A stretch of 63,056 nucleotides of DNA, counting the filler, from Saprolegnia diclina VS20 (taxonomy: Eukaryota), in NCBI RefSeq assembly GCF_000281045.1. It is 8 parts of 7 records of this genome, joined end to end, with 100 filler letters (N's around TTAATTAATTAA, not from the genome) between each part and the next. Parts side by side here need not be neighbours in the genome. Positions count along the whole stretch, not along the records: positions 45,757 to 58,920 come from NW_008246279.1; positions 59,021 to 61,933 come from NW_008246281.1; 6 more parts are not named here. One strand, written 5' to 3'. Under the pieces are notes generated by a model. The model was not told where the DNA came from. It made no database searches and worked only from the letters and a program-made list of their open reading frames with translations. The position numbers were made by a program, and so were the translations under genes. Positions 49,588 through 62,033 of the stretch are shown here, in pieces (positions within the stretch are counted from its first letter, which is position 1; each line of letters opens with the position of its first letter).

Positions 49588-50511
49588 ATGCGCATACTCG
49601 GACTGCTCTCTCTTGCCCTCGGCGCCAGAACTGCCCATCTGAGCTGCGGCGTCGACATGCCGACACCGACGATGGCCCCGACGCCTGCACCAACACCCGC
49701 CCCGACATTCGCACCGGCTGCATGGACTGACCTTGGGACGGGCTACTTTGATGTGGCCGCCGGTGGCGGCCAGGTCGCTGCTACCCGCCCCCGCTACAAC
49801 GAGCCTGGTAAATTACCCCTGGGTCTCGTGTTCGCGACGTCCGAGACGATCCCGATTACGTTCGGAGCCAAGTTCGATTGCACGCTTGCCAACGGAGTCG
49901 GTGTGTACCCGCACCACTTTGCGCTCGGCGGCGACAAGCTCGTCGTTTACACGGAGAACGACCATACACCGAGCTTGCTTCCGTCCGTGGCGGCCACGGC
50001 CAACAACTCGGCGAGCGCCATGACGTCGTCCATCCCGTTTTTACAAGACATGCGAATCGACGGAACCGTCTCGACCGATGGCACGACGGTGTGCATGATT
50101 GCCACGAGCGACGTGACGAGCACTAAACACATCTACTGCTCGCCGCTGCATGGTCCCAGCAATTGGACCGATCTCGGGGGAAGCGACGCACACGCCCTCG
50201 CAGTTCATGGCGACACGATTTACTACGCCACGCCAGCAAGCCTCTTTCAGAGCACGCTCAGCGACAAGACGTGGACGCAAGTGACGACGCCGGGGTTTCA
50301 AACCATTGCGTTTGATGGCACACGCGTCTGCGGCACGAACTCTCCAGGTACAATTCTCTGCACCGTCGGCGCGCTCTCGGCCAACCTGACGTGGGCTACG
50401 ATGCCGAACGCAGCGACCGGATCCAACATCTGGATTAGAGTCGCACTCGACAACGGCTTGCTCTTTGCGGTTGATACCGCCCAGCACCTCCAAGTCTTTC
50501 CCATGGAATAA
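49588..50511 (+). CDS. Secreted protein: signal peptide, Pro/Thr linker, tectonin-like beta-propeller repeats (307 aa)
   Basis: MRILGLLSLALGA; PTPAPTPAPT; repeats WTDLGTGYFDVAAGGGQVAAT, WTDLGGSDAHALAVHGDTIYYAT, WTQVTTPGFQTIAFDGTRVCGTN, WATMP..IRVALDNGLLFAVD. The fold assignment is inferred. Confidence 0.7.
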   Translation: MRILGLLSLALGARTAHLSCGVDMPTPTMAPTPAPTPAPTFAPAAWTDLGTGYFDVAAGGGQVAATRPRYNEPGKLPLGLVFATSETIPITFGAKFDCTLANGVGVYPHHFALGGDKLVVYTENDHTPSLLPSVAATANNSASAMTSSIPFLQDMRIDGTVSTDGTTVCMIATSDVTSTKHIYCSPLHGPSNWTDLGGSDAHALAVHGDTIYYATPASLFQSTLSDKTWTQVTTPGFQTIAFDGTRVCGTNSPGTILCTVGALSANLTWATMPNAATGSNIWIRVALDNGLLFAVDTAQHLQVFPME

Positions 50512-51687
50512 TATTAGATGCACTGCGACGGCCACGATGGAGTGATAAGTGTCGACTTGGCAGATACCGACTTGACTACATACATACATACACCGAGTCG
50601 GAGCTACTTGATGTATTCCGTTTCGATACGCGGGAGTGCTCAGGGGGCGTATTGCCTAAATACCGCCCCAGCCTCGGGGAGGAGTGGTTCGGTTCACCGC
50701 GTGCTTTTTGTTACGCGGGTTGCAAAATCGCGTTCGGTTCATCGATGCACGTCGACGTTGGGTTTTAGGACAGCGCATGGATGGTCCTGCGCGACGCGAC
50801 CCGAGCGGCAATCGTGGGTCCTCAATGCGATGAGTGGCGGTGTACAAGGAAAGTGCTTGCGACGTCTGTCGACGGCGCATACCTCTATGCGCTGCTCCTC
50901 CTCATACGCCTCGTGCCGGCTTCGTTAGCGGCTGCTCGGTGGCGCGACGAGGTAGCGGGCGTTCGACCTCGGTGATAGCTCCTGTCGTGTCGATATGCAA
51001 GGAACACGAGCGCGCTCTGCGTGTGTACTATAAGCGCCTCAAATCTAACCTAGCGCGCCCGTCGTCCGCGGCGGCATGCGCTCCCTGGTCCTTCCAAGCG
51101 TGTCGACTTGGCGCGCTGCGGTCATGGTCGCGGCCATGTCGCTGCTGGAAATCAAATCAGGGATCTGTGAAAAAAGGACCCAAATTAGGTTTTCCCATCG
51201 AGGGCAGGATATATCCCACAGCATCCCAAAGTTCGCCGCTGGTTTGTGTCGGCTGGCCGACCAAGGCGTTTGCTTGGTCGAAGTAAGCTTAATAATATTC
51301 TCGAATGACGCCAAGTCCGCCTTCGCGTTGCTTTATCTCTCGGATATCCCGCACGCTCGGTCCGGGGTGGGTACTGAGCACCGAGTATGGTCGAGCAATG
51401 TTGTAGAGCGAGACGAAGCCATAACACGCGGGGTAAACAGGGTTTGCCGTGAAGGACATTAGACAAGCGCTACAATTTCTACGAGTGAAGCGCTCTCTGG
51501 ACCTTGACTCGCTGCGATGCCCATCAAAACGAGCTCATCAAGTTGTTGTGTGGGCGAGCGCTCAAGCCGTTTCGGTATTGGCCGAATTTAAAAAGGAGTG
51601 TATGTCATTAGTGCCACATCAAAATAGATATGCCGAATCCAGAAAAGATACGGCGTTCCATAGAGTTTCCAAATCAAGGCGAGAAGA

Positions 51688-52100
51688 TGGAAGTGGCCTT
51701 CGTCTCGGGCGCGCTACAGGTCGTCGTCGCCGTCGTCAACAACGTGCTCGGGAAGCCCCGCGTGCCCACAGACCCGATCGCACAGCGCCAAGTTGAGCTC
51801 CAGCACGAGCTCCTCGAGGCCAAGAAGCGCTGCGTCGCGCTCGAGCTCGAGCTCGCCGACGTGACGCTCAAGCTCACCAAGCAAGAAGACACCGTAAAAC
51901 AGCGCCGCCTCAAGCACGCTGTCGAGCAGCTCCAGCTGCAGATCCGCTGGCAGCGGCTCGAGCGGCGTCATCGACTGCATCAACTGCGGTTGTGGCTACC
52001 GCGCGTGGTGGGCCTCTTCGCCCTCGCCTTTCTAGTCTATGCGGCCGTCGCCTCTATCTGGCAATACTGGCCGCGCCTCTTTGCCTCGCAGCTCCAGTGA
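51688..52100 (+). CDS. Small coiled-coil, tail-anchored-like membrane protein of unknown function (about 137 aa)
   Basis: High-GC3 ORF from MEVAFVSG; hydrophobic N-helix, heptad-rich middle, TM VVGLFALAFLVYAAVASIW. The start coordinate is approximate. Confidence 0.75.
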
Positions 52101-52215
52101 CGTGCCACGTATAGTGTAGTCGCAGGCATCGAGTGCGACCCAGTACATGTAGTAACACAACGAGTGCTGTCCTGTTGTCATGACGAAAGATCGGGATTCG
52201 ACTTGAAACGACGCG

Positions 52216-55200
52216 ATGAGTCTGAGCCCACTCAAGCCGCTGGGTAGCTGCAAGCTGTCTCCTGGAGGTCCGTCAAGCCCACCAAAGTTCGCAACGCTTC
52301 AGAGTCCAGCGCTTAGCGGAACCTTTGGCCACCCCGAGTCGCCAAAGAAGCTCAGCGCGGTGCAGCCGTCAGCGCTCGCGTCTTTTGCACAGAGAGAAGC
52401 CTCGCGCAGCCCAACGGCGCTCAACAAATATGCGACTTTGGCAGCGCCCAAGACGTCTGAGGTCGACGAGGAAAAGCCGGTTCAGAAAGGGCCGTCGTGC
52501 GCCGAAGCCAAAGCAGCAATCGACCCGTCCAGTGACAGCGACGACAGCCGTGCTGCACAGAGCAAGGAGCAGCTCTCCGAATCCTCGGACGAGCTCGTGG
52601 AAGCCAAGCGCAACGACGACAAGGCAAAGGCTGCGACCGACGCTAAAGTTGACCACTTCGAACCGACTCCCACGGTTGAGACGCCCGACCAGCCTCCAAC
52701 GATCAAGTACTCTGCGCACGATACACACTGGTGCTCTATACAGGCGGTGTACTAGGAAGCAGCGGCGTAGTACAGCGCAAGCCTCCAGTCTGTCCTTCTC
52801 GCGCCTCTCCGCCTCGGAGCATCCGCTACTTCGTGCACTTGTTTACTGTGATGACGCAGCGCTAGAGGCACAGCTCGCTACCTTGTCTCTGGGCCACCTC
52901 GTGTTGATCAAGGACACGGCTCACGACCGCACACCTCTGCACATTGCATTGATGCAGCCGTCGACCGACGCCGCCGAGGTCCTGCTTCGCTATGTTCGGT
53001 GCGTCAGCCATCCTGTAGACTAGCTCGTTGGCACAGGGCGTGAGCTAGTGACGCAACCAAGGACGAGCCACGCACGCGGTCGTCGAGGCTACTGGAGCTG
53101 CTCTTGCCGCTGGATGCCTGCGGCTGCTCGGTGCTCCACCATGTAGGCTCATTCATCCAAGCACCACAAAGGCATAACGCTACGTAGGCCGCATGGAACC
53201 AGGTGAGTGTATGGCCACAGCTGCTACGGGCCGAGCCGCGGCTTGCGCAACTACTCGCATCACACTTGTCGGAGCTCGATGTCCCGGGTACTTGCATTTT
53301 CGAACCAAAGGACACTTGCTCCATCTCGCGACCTAGACAAATCGGGGCAAGTGCCACTGGGCTACGCAGCCCGACGGGGGCAGCGGGACGTGATTTCTGC
53401 ATGTTTTCGTCTTGGCTGTGGCCGATGCTATGCGCAAGAGACCGTCCACGCAGTCTTGGCTGCTGCACCCTTGCAAGCCATTCGCCAGCGTTTGAGTGCC
53501 CGAGTGTCGACACGACCACGACGTGTATTTGACTAGATGTGCTAGCCGGTTTCGAGACCCTGGATGCGACTCGTGATCGCTCCCGCGCCGCCGCCTACCT
53601 CGCCGACCACGCGGATCTGGACGTCGCCAGCAATGGTGCTCTCGCAGGCTCGCTGCTGCAAACACCGTTGCACAAGGCATGTACCTTCTCTTGGATTCCA
53701 AAGGGTCAGAATGGCGCAGATTGCTGGGAGAGGAACAGTCGACTCTCTCGCGGTGGCGCTCGGTCAGCATCCGAGAGTCGATATAAATGCAGCAGATGCC
53801 AACGGGTGGACTCCCCTCCACGTACGCAGACGATGTATCGCTGACGTGTAGCGACGGTGTCGGTAGCATGCAGCGCAAAACGTATCCGAGGACGGTCCAG
53901 ACCTTCTCGGGCATCTGCTCTTGCGCGACACGATCCAAGTGGACGCACTCTCGAATGCGAAGAAGACACCGCTGCACCTTGCCGCGGCCGCGAGAAGCCT
54001 TGCCAGCGTCCGCCTTCTCTTGCAGTTTGGCGCCAACGTCAACGCACGCGACGATAATGGTTGCACGCCGCTGCATGCTGCTGCTCGCTACGGTGCCCTT
54101 GACGTCGTTCAGTGGTTAACCACAGACGTCGATGGCTGCGATGTTAGCGCCGTCTCCCAGCGAAAGCAAAACGCGCTCCACGTCGCCGGTACGCTTGTGC
54201 GAGCGAGCTGTATCGAAAGACTCATCGAGGTGGTAGCCAAGGCCGGTCAGATTGCTATCGTGCGCTACTTGGGGGCGTGGGACTGCGACGCCCAGCGCAT
54301 GCGGCAAGCGCGTGACGCGCAAGGGCGGACACCACTTATGCTCGCGCGCGATGCCAAGACGAAACAGGCCATGGAGTACAGCGGCTGGATCGCGTGCAGC
54401 GACGGTCGGCTGGACGCAGTGGAGCTTTGGCTCGCGAACGAACCGGCGGCCATGGACCTCGTAACACCGCGTTGCAGCCGGAACGCGCTCCACCTCGCGG
54501 TACACAGCAGTGTGGTGATGGTGGATGCCAGCGACGACTCGCAGGTCGACGGGTTTTGTCGCCGCTGCAAGGCCAAGGACGTCAGCGAGCCCCAGCGCCG
54601 GGCGATCGAAGGGCGCTACGTGCGTGTTTTGCACGCTCTCTGCAGCGCCCCCATGCAACGCTCGATATCCTTTTACCTTTACCTTGCATTGCGATATGAC
54701 GTGGAAGGTCTTGACAATTTTGCCTACGTGGCCGACGCCTTTGGTGTGACACCGCTCATGCTGGCGGCGATCTCGGGCAGCGTGCGAGTTCCTGGCCCGT
54801 CACCATGATGATGATGAAGCGCTAGGTCGCACTTGCTACCGTACTCCTCGAGCATCCGCAGCACGACGAGAACGCAGCGGATATGGCCGGCAACTCGGCA
54901 CTGCACTACGCCTATGCGTTTACCAAGGTCCGATACCATCGCTGCATGCGATAGCTCCATGGCATGCGGCTAGGCACCCATGGCCCGCTTCTTGGAGCTG
55001 CATATGGAAGACCTTGCGGTAGACTGCGCTGGCACCGTCGCCATAGCGTGATGCAAGACGTAGCTCCGCGAGAACCACGAGGGGCACACGCCCATGGACG
55101 TCTCGGGCTTCCGCTTTGACATTCTTCCGTCCCTCCAGTCGTTTAGCCCGCCATCGCCCAAGAAATCGATAGCCAAGGCGGACGCCAAAGACATGGACGA

Positions 55201-55246
55201 GAGCAAGGACGAGGCTGCGGAGGACAAGGACAGCGGATCGGCCTGA
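52216..55246 (+). CDS. Multi-exon ankyrin-repeat protein with a low-complexity N-terminus
   Basis: DRTPLHIAL, QTPLHKA, NGWTPLH, KKTPLHLAAAARSLASVRLLLQFGANVNARDDNGCTPLHAAARYG, GVTPLMLAA, GNSALHYA. The exon structure is not fully resolved. Confidence 0.75.
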
Positions 55247-55362
55247 GCTCGTTGACCATCGTGGCAGAGCCGATGAGGTACATTGCCAGTTCGTACACTA
55301 ATGTATGAGAAACCGTACACGTACATGGGTTGTAGCTAAACTCGGCATCGAATGCCACCTTG

Positions 55363-55401
55363 AAGTCATGGAGTGCAGCATGATGCTGCACTCCATGACT
55401 T
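55363..55401. repeat. Perfect 19-bp inverted repeat with a 1-nt spacer
   Basis: aagtcatggagtgcagcat-g-atgctgcactccatgactt. Confidence 0.95.
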
Positions 55402-55682
55402 GGTACACCTTGGTCGTAGCCGCGATGCATACATACTGCGAGCGTCCTTCACTCGAGTGATATCGAAGGTGCGCTCGAGTAGCTTGGGGAGGTTGATGGT
55501 TTCTTGGAGGTGGCATCAACGCCGAATTTAGTGGCGGCCCTGGTGACTTGACCACTGTAGTGTGTACGGCAACGGTCTCGTACATCGTACAATGCCACAT
55601 CTACGGATATGGGGTGTGTATCCGGAGACCTGCAATACGCTCGCGTGGGCTCAGTAAGATTGCCGCGAGCGACCGACCATCC

Positions 55683-57142
55683 ATGGCCCCAGCACGCGCT
55701 AAGAAGACGGTCGACGTGGCCGAGAAGTTCGTTTCGGCGCCGGCGCTGGAGAAGACGCGCAAGGCAACGGCGTCGGCGAAGCTCACGCCGCAAGCGGTGA
55801 CACCATTGGCGCTGGCCAAGCCTGCTCGGGCAGTGACACCTGTGGCGCAGGCCAAGCCCGCTCGACCGGCGCTCAAGCGTAGCCTCCCGCCGCCCGTGCA
55901 AAACGACGACGACGACAATGAAAACGACGACGACGATGACGACGACGATGAAGAAGAGACCAAGGTGGACGCGGCGCCGGCAAGCACTCGTGCGGCGGCG
56001 GCCAGCCAAGCGCCGTCGGCGACGCCGCGCAGCCTTCACGACGACTTTATCAACTTGATGAAGGTGCAAGGCCTCGAGAAAATGGCGACCGACGCCGGTC
56101 TTCTCAAGGACGGCCAGTTCCGCGACCTTAAGCGCGAGTGGGGTACGACGCCTTGCAGCATGCAACAAGAATTTAGTGCACGATTAGATTCGATGAACCA
56201 GTCATTTTTGCCGCTCAAGAAGGCCGACGCGTCGGCGTCGCTGCCGTTCCCGACGCCGTACATCTGTCGAACCTCGTCCATCCGGCCGCTCATGCCTGTC
56301 CTAGCACACCCAAGAAGAAGAAGGCACCACGCGCCAGCGCCGTGAGTGCTGTCTCGGAGAAGGGCAGCAAGGGTCTCCGTCACTTTAGCATGAAGGTGTG
56401 CCAGAAGGTCGAAGAGAAGCACGTGACGTCGTACAATGAAGTTGCCGACGAGCTCGTGCACGAGTTTGTGACGATGCGTCCGTCCGACTCGGTAATCGGT
56501 CCGCCTCCGCTGCCACCCTGCATCACACGCAACCCTAGGTGTACGACGAGAAGAACATTCGGCGCCGCGTCTACGATGCGCTCAACGTGCTCATGGCGAT
56601 GGACATCATCTCCAAGGAAAAGAAGGAGATTCGCTGGCGCGGCTTGCCCTCGAACGCGAAACAAGACCTCGAGCTGCTCACCGTACGAGCTAGCACCCCC
56701 GACACTCATGTGACGAGCGGGCTATGTAGATGGAGAAGGCCCAGCGGCTCAAAAGCATTGAGCAAAAGAAGCAGCAGCTCCAAGAACTGCTCTTGCAGGT
56801 ACAGTCTGCTCGGTGCAAATCGAGGCCGTTGATCGAGCGGCCTAGCAAATCGCGCTCAAGAACCTCGTGCAGCGCAACCAAGCGGACGCGACGACGACCG
56901 AGAGCCGCATTGCGCTGCCNNNNNNNNNNNNNNNNNNNNNNNNNNNNNNNNNNNNNNNNNNNNNNNNNNNNNNNNNNNNNNNNNNNNNNNNNNNNNNNNN
57001 NNNNNNNNNNNNNNNNNNNAACGACGACAGCGAGATCCTCAAGCGCATGGAGCTCCACAAGGCGGCGCCGGCCGACGTCAAGGACCTCGTGCCCGAGAAG
57101 CTGCTCCGGTACCTTCCGCCCGGGTACCTCACCAAGGCGTGA
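55683..57142 (+). CDS. TFDP: E2F dimerisation partner (DP) transcription factor; multi-exon, small internal gap
   Basis: [87 protein letters not shown]. Confidence 0.95.
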
Positions 57143-57232
57143 GGCTGCTGCTTGCGTGTTTCATACTAGTATAAAAAAGTCGTCTTTAATCTTTATGGGT
57201 ATATAAGTTAATCGGGATAGAGAAAGAAGCGC

Positions 57233-57514
57233 TTATCGCGTCGTATCAGGCAGCGTCGGCAGCCAGACGTAGTCTTTGTTGGTCTCGTCGATGACCTGCT
57301 CGCGCTTGCCGGCGGCGACGTCGGCGTATGTGAAGCTCTTGATGTCGGTTTCCTTGCCGAGGAAGACCCAGCCGTCCACGTCGGCGTCCTTGGTGAACGG
57401 CGTCGGCGTCGCTTGGGCGATGGTCGTGGCAGGCAGCCATGCATGGAGGGAGTACGTCGACGGCAGGAAGCTCCATCGAGAGGCCGAGGTCGACGACGAA
57501 GATGACGATGCCAT
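57233..57514 (-). CDS. Small (93 aa) hypothetical protein with short linear motifs
   Basis: High-GC3 ORF preceded by an initiator-like gcattctccaattc; contains DVDGWVFL and FTYADVAAG. Confidence 0.65.
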   Translation of the reverse strand: MASSSSSSTSASRWSFLPSTYSLHAWLPATTIAQATPTPFTKDADVDGWVFLGKETDIKSFTYADVAAGKREQVIDETNKDYVWLPTLPDTTR

Positions 57515-59020
57515 GATCGTGTGAGGAAGGATGGGAATTGGAGAATGCACTCGGGAATGCGAAAATGCAGCGTCTTTTAATGCAATTTCCAATGTTTACT
57601 TGCTATTTGTATGCAACGCAGAAAAAGTAGAAAAAGCGACGCTCGGGTGTGAAACGCTTGCCAAAGCTGCCTCCATGTGATTGGGCAAAAGTCGAGTGTC
57701 ATGGAAATACGCGCGTGGGATTGGCTAAAAAGGTTGTGCTCTGAAATTTCCCGTGATTGAAGTACCGCCAAGATCGTTTTCGTATGGCCACGAGAATGGA
57801 GACGACGACGAGCGACCATCACCGAAACGTGACTTTTGACGTTTGCGAGACGGCACAATCGAAATTGAGAGGTAGCAGGGACACCATATATATGTATACG
57901 ACCGGGGTAGAGACCATGCAGTAAGCGACTTGAAGTTGGGTCTCGACCTTCGCTCAGGACGTCACCGAGAAGATGACGAAGCAGAGAGAAGACGCGTGCG
58001 TGTCAACCCGTCGGAGCGACCCGACGGCGCGCATGCAACGCTACGAACTGGTTCATGGAACTGCGAGAAGGCCAAGGATCGAATCTCAGCGTATGCGGCC
58101 GAATCTTTCGAGGACAACTGTGTGCAGAAGGCGGGAAGCGAGAAATCGTAGATTGCAGTTTCAACTTGAAGTTCCCAAGGGCCGCGAAAAGCGTGCATGC
58201 CTATACGATGTGCAAACACAGAGACAGACGACAAGCACGCTACCATGCAGAGCCTTCTGCTTGAAGCCAAGGGCATACCCGCTTAGGGCACCTCATTCAG
58301 CGATCGACGATCGTTCACAAGCCCAGACAGACCAAACGAAGCGCCGTGTTACCATCAGCGGGTCAAACCTCTTTGAAAATGGAGTGGGCGCGTACTCCAG
58401 AGTCACACGCTGACATCCATTGTCCTACCCACCGCCATCGACCTCAGTTAGGGTCACCAATATACTCACTAGCAGACCCAGACGAGGTATGGAGCAGGCA
58501 AAGAGGTCCGGCGCCAGCAACGAACGAGAGATTGATAGGCTTTCCAAAGTATCAGTAAGACAAACATAACGTGAACGACTGCTTCGTTCGTACTAGTACT
58601 TGTAGACTTCATCCTCAACCGTCCGGCATCGAATTACTATTGCCGTTTGAGCCACGTTGAACCATTTGCACATTGAAACACGAGCAACTCGGTACCTCAG
58701 AACATGGTTTGCTTTCTGGCCGGCGAGTTTAGGCAATTCCGTTGATTCCGGCCTCTCGGGCTAGACAGAACCTTCCCCGTGGAGCTTGGGATAGCAATGG
58801 ATAGATAGATGGATGGTTTGGTATGAGATTTATATACGTTAACCATTGTAGAGAACCTCAGTCATGCGTGAACTTGGTTCATTATGGAAATAAACTTTCG
58901 GGTCTGTCACGTCGCCACTTNNNNNNNNNNNNNNNNNNNNNNNNNNNNNNNNNNNNNNNNNNNNTTAATTAATTAANNNNNNNNNNNNNNNNNNNNNNNN
59001 NNNNNNNNNNNNNNNNNNNN

Positions 59021-59829
59021 CAATCAAGTACGCGATCGGGACGCGCGTCGGTGTCGGCGCGCAGTGCGGGAGCTGCCTCGACTGCCACCAGTGCAACATG
59101 CACGAAGAGCAGGTGTGCCCCAAGATTCTCCTCACGTACAACGGGGCGCTTCCAGACGGTAGCATCACGCAGGGCGGGTACGCCGACTACTACCGCTGCG
59201 ACGCCGCGTTTGTGTTCCCGATCCCAGACGCCCTCCCGTCGGAAGAAGCGGCGCCGATGCTCTGCGGTGGCATCACGACATACGCGCCGCTCAAGCGTCA
59301 TGGCGCGGGTCCTGGCAAAAAGGTGGGCATTCTCGGTATCGGCGGTCTCGGCCATTTTGGCGTGCAGTGGGCGGTCGCGCTCGGCGCTGACGTGACGGCG
59401 ATTTCGTCCTCGAACCGCAAGGAAGCCCTTTGCAAGGACGTGCTTGGCGCCCATCACTTTCTCGACATGTCCAATGCGGCCGACGTGGCGGCGTACCAGC
59501 ACCACTTTGACATTGTCCTCTGCACGGCGAATGGCCCCGACACCAACTGGGGCGACCTCTTCAACCTCGTTGCGACCAACGGTAAGTTTGTGCTCGTGGC
59601 GGTGCCCGAGAAGCCGATCTCGTTCCACGCGATCTCGATCATCATGCGCCAGATCACCGTGGTCGGGTCGGCGATCGGGTCGCCCAACGAGATTGACGAC
59701 ATGCTTCAATTTGCCGTCGACAAGAAGGTGCGCGCGCTCGTGCAAGTGATGCCGATGGCCGACGCTGCCGCCGCGCTGCAAAAAGTGCACCACGGCGACG
59801 CCCGCTTCCGCATCGTCTTGGAAAACTAA
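59021..59829 (+). CDS. Zn-dependent NADP-type alcohol dehydrogenase (CAD/ADH6-like MDR), 5' partial
   Basis: RVGVGAQCGSCLDCHQC..EQVCP structural Zn site, GGYADY, APMLCGGITTYAPL, GIGGLGH, GSAIGS, RFRIVL. Confidence 0.95.
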
Positions 59830-60118
59830 AATCGATTGACTAACATCACCATTGCATTCGTCTGTCAAATGACTTGTTGCAACGGGATACTTTGCCGTGT
59901 TCAACCGCCGTACACTGTATGTATTGCTGTCACTCTGTGGTCTAGACCTTGGAATACCTCCTTATGATGTTAGACGCGGCTTTGTTTTGGCTAATGTCAA
60001 TGGTCGTGCGTCGATGCCCAGGAACGCGTCTTAGACGTCTAAGTGTGCCACGTCACATATATCAGATCTGATTGACAGTTTCCGTTGTAACGGCAAAATC
60101 GAGTAATTTCATGATGCG

Positions 60119-60933
60119 TTACTGCGCGTCTTCGACATGGATGTCGTCACATCCCAACTCGAGCGACGGTGCACTGATGCCTTCTTCACCAGCGCGATTC
60201 TCCTCGTAGTCGTCCATGAAGGCCTCAAACTCGTCTTCTTCGCGCTTGCGGTCCTTCGCACTCGCCTTGCTTGTCTGCACGCGCAGTGTCTTGCGCTCTT
60301 GACGCTTGCCTTCCTTTTCCTTCTTGGGAAGCACGCGGCGGACAAGAATGATGTCCGGCAGCTCGTCCTTGAGGTGGTAGAGTGGCATTGACGCAAAGTT
60401 GCAGGTGGTGAGGTCGTAGCCCTTGACCGTGTCGCCGGTTGCAAGCGACCCGCCGAGGTGGCTCGTCACGTGGAACGTCGTGTCGTTAAAGCCAAAGTCG
60501 GATACGCGCGCGACTTCAACCACCGCGAGCAGATCGGCACTGTCTTGCTTATCTTTTCGTGCCGCATCCAGCGGCTCGACGTCCAACACGATAAACTCGA
60601 CCATCGACGAGCCCGTGTCGAGAGCTTGGAACGGGTGCTTCCAGTACTTGTCCGAGGTGACTTCCGACCTAATACCATGGAAAATTCAGTGAAAATCCTT
60701 GGAGAACAGGGAAAAATTTAGGTACCGGCGACACGTGCGGGGGTCGAGCAGATGGATCTGGGTCGTGACGCGCGAGACGACGGCCACCGCCATGCCGCAC
60801 TGCTGCGCTGTGCGCTTCTCGAGGACCACGAGGTCGTCTTTGCAAAGCGGTGCGATCTCCGCGACGATCGTCACCTTGACGTTGGCCGTGTTGTTGCGGA
60901 CGTCGGTTGAAATGTGCTTTCGCGTCGTCTTGG
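60119..60933 (-). CDS. NMD3: 60S ribosomal export adaptor NMD3, 3' part
   Basis: KHISTDVRNN..EIAPLCKDDLVVL, IHLLDPRT, YWKHPFQAL, EFIVLDVE, VEVARVSDFG.ND..FHVTSHLG..L..GD.VKGYDL..CNF, PDIILVRR. Confidence 0.9.
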
Positions 60934-61060
60934 TCCTATCACCATCCAATCAAAACCGACNNNNNNNNNNNNNNNNNNNNNNNNNNNNNNNNNNNNNNNN
61001 NNNNNNNNNNNNNNNNNNNNNNNNNNNNNNNNNNNNNNNNNNNNNNNNNNNNNNNNNNNN

Positions 61061-61933
61061 TACACCGATCTCACGCTCGTCGAGGCCGTCGCGCGCTGCT
61101 TCACGATACGATGGTCCCCCAACGACGACGCGCTCGATGCGCTTGTGGTGGTCACGGTACGCCAGCTCGAGCTACCGCCGTTTCTTGGTACGATCCGCAC
61201 GCTTCGCGAGCTCGCGACCCCGCGCTTCGACTGGACCGGTACCACCAAGCACCTCGGCGGTGGCAACAGCCTCGACGAACTCTACCTCTATCTCTCGATC
61301 GCTGCGACCATGCTGCGCGCACGGCGGCCGCTCGAAGCCAAAATCGACTTCCACTGGGACGAGGCGACGGCGCCGGCGCCAAATAGCTGTGCGCTGCATG
61401 GTATGCTCATCAACGACATCTTTGTGCCGCTGGTCTCGGTCCTCCTACGCCATCCGTCGACAACTGACGTCCGCTTTCACACGACCGACGACGATGCGTC
61501 CAGCAAGGACATCACCGCGACGCTGCAGCCATACATGGCGCTTGTGAGCGGCTTTGTCAAGAGCACGGTGGCGACGACCGAGCTCGTCTTTGCGACGCAG
61601 TGCCTGCTCGTCTCGATCCTCGCGGTGCAGGGCCCTCCAAGCGACGCGATCACGTGTGCGTCGGTCGCGGCGTCGAGCCTCAAAGCGCTCAAGGCCGCGT
61701 ACCGGCACGTGCTCGTTGCCTTGCAACGGCCCGACACCCAGCCGCACAGGGTTGGCTGCAAGGCCAGGCCAACGCGCTGCGGTTTGCACTCTGGGCCGCG
61801 ACCAACGACGCTCGATCAACGCCCGAGATCCGAGTCCGCACGTGGTTTAATCCGTGGATGGCAGGCCAGAGACTGCTGGAGAGCACTCTCTCGATGCACT
61901 TTGCGCTGGGGCTCGTGATCCTCGATGACATGA
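61061..61933 (+). CDS. Internal fragment of a hypothetical alpha-helical protein between two gaps
   Basis: Long high-GC3 open frame from 61061. It shifts frame or splices near 61750 and continues RVRTWFNPWMAGQRLLESTL. No family recognised. Confidence 0.55.
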
Positions 61934-62033
61934 NNNNNNNNNNNNNNNNNNNNNNNNNNNNNNNNNNNNNNNNNNNNTTAATTAATTAANNNNNNNNNNN
62001 NNNNNNNNNNNNNNNNNNNNNNNNNNNNNNNNN

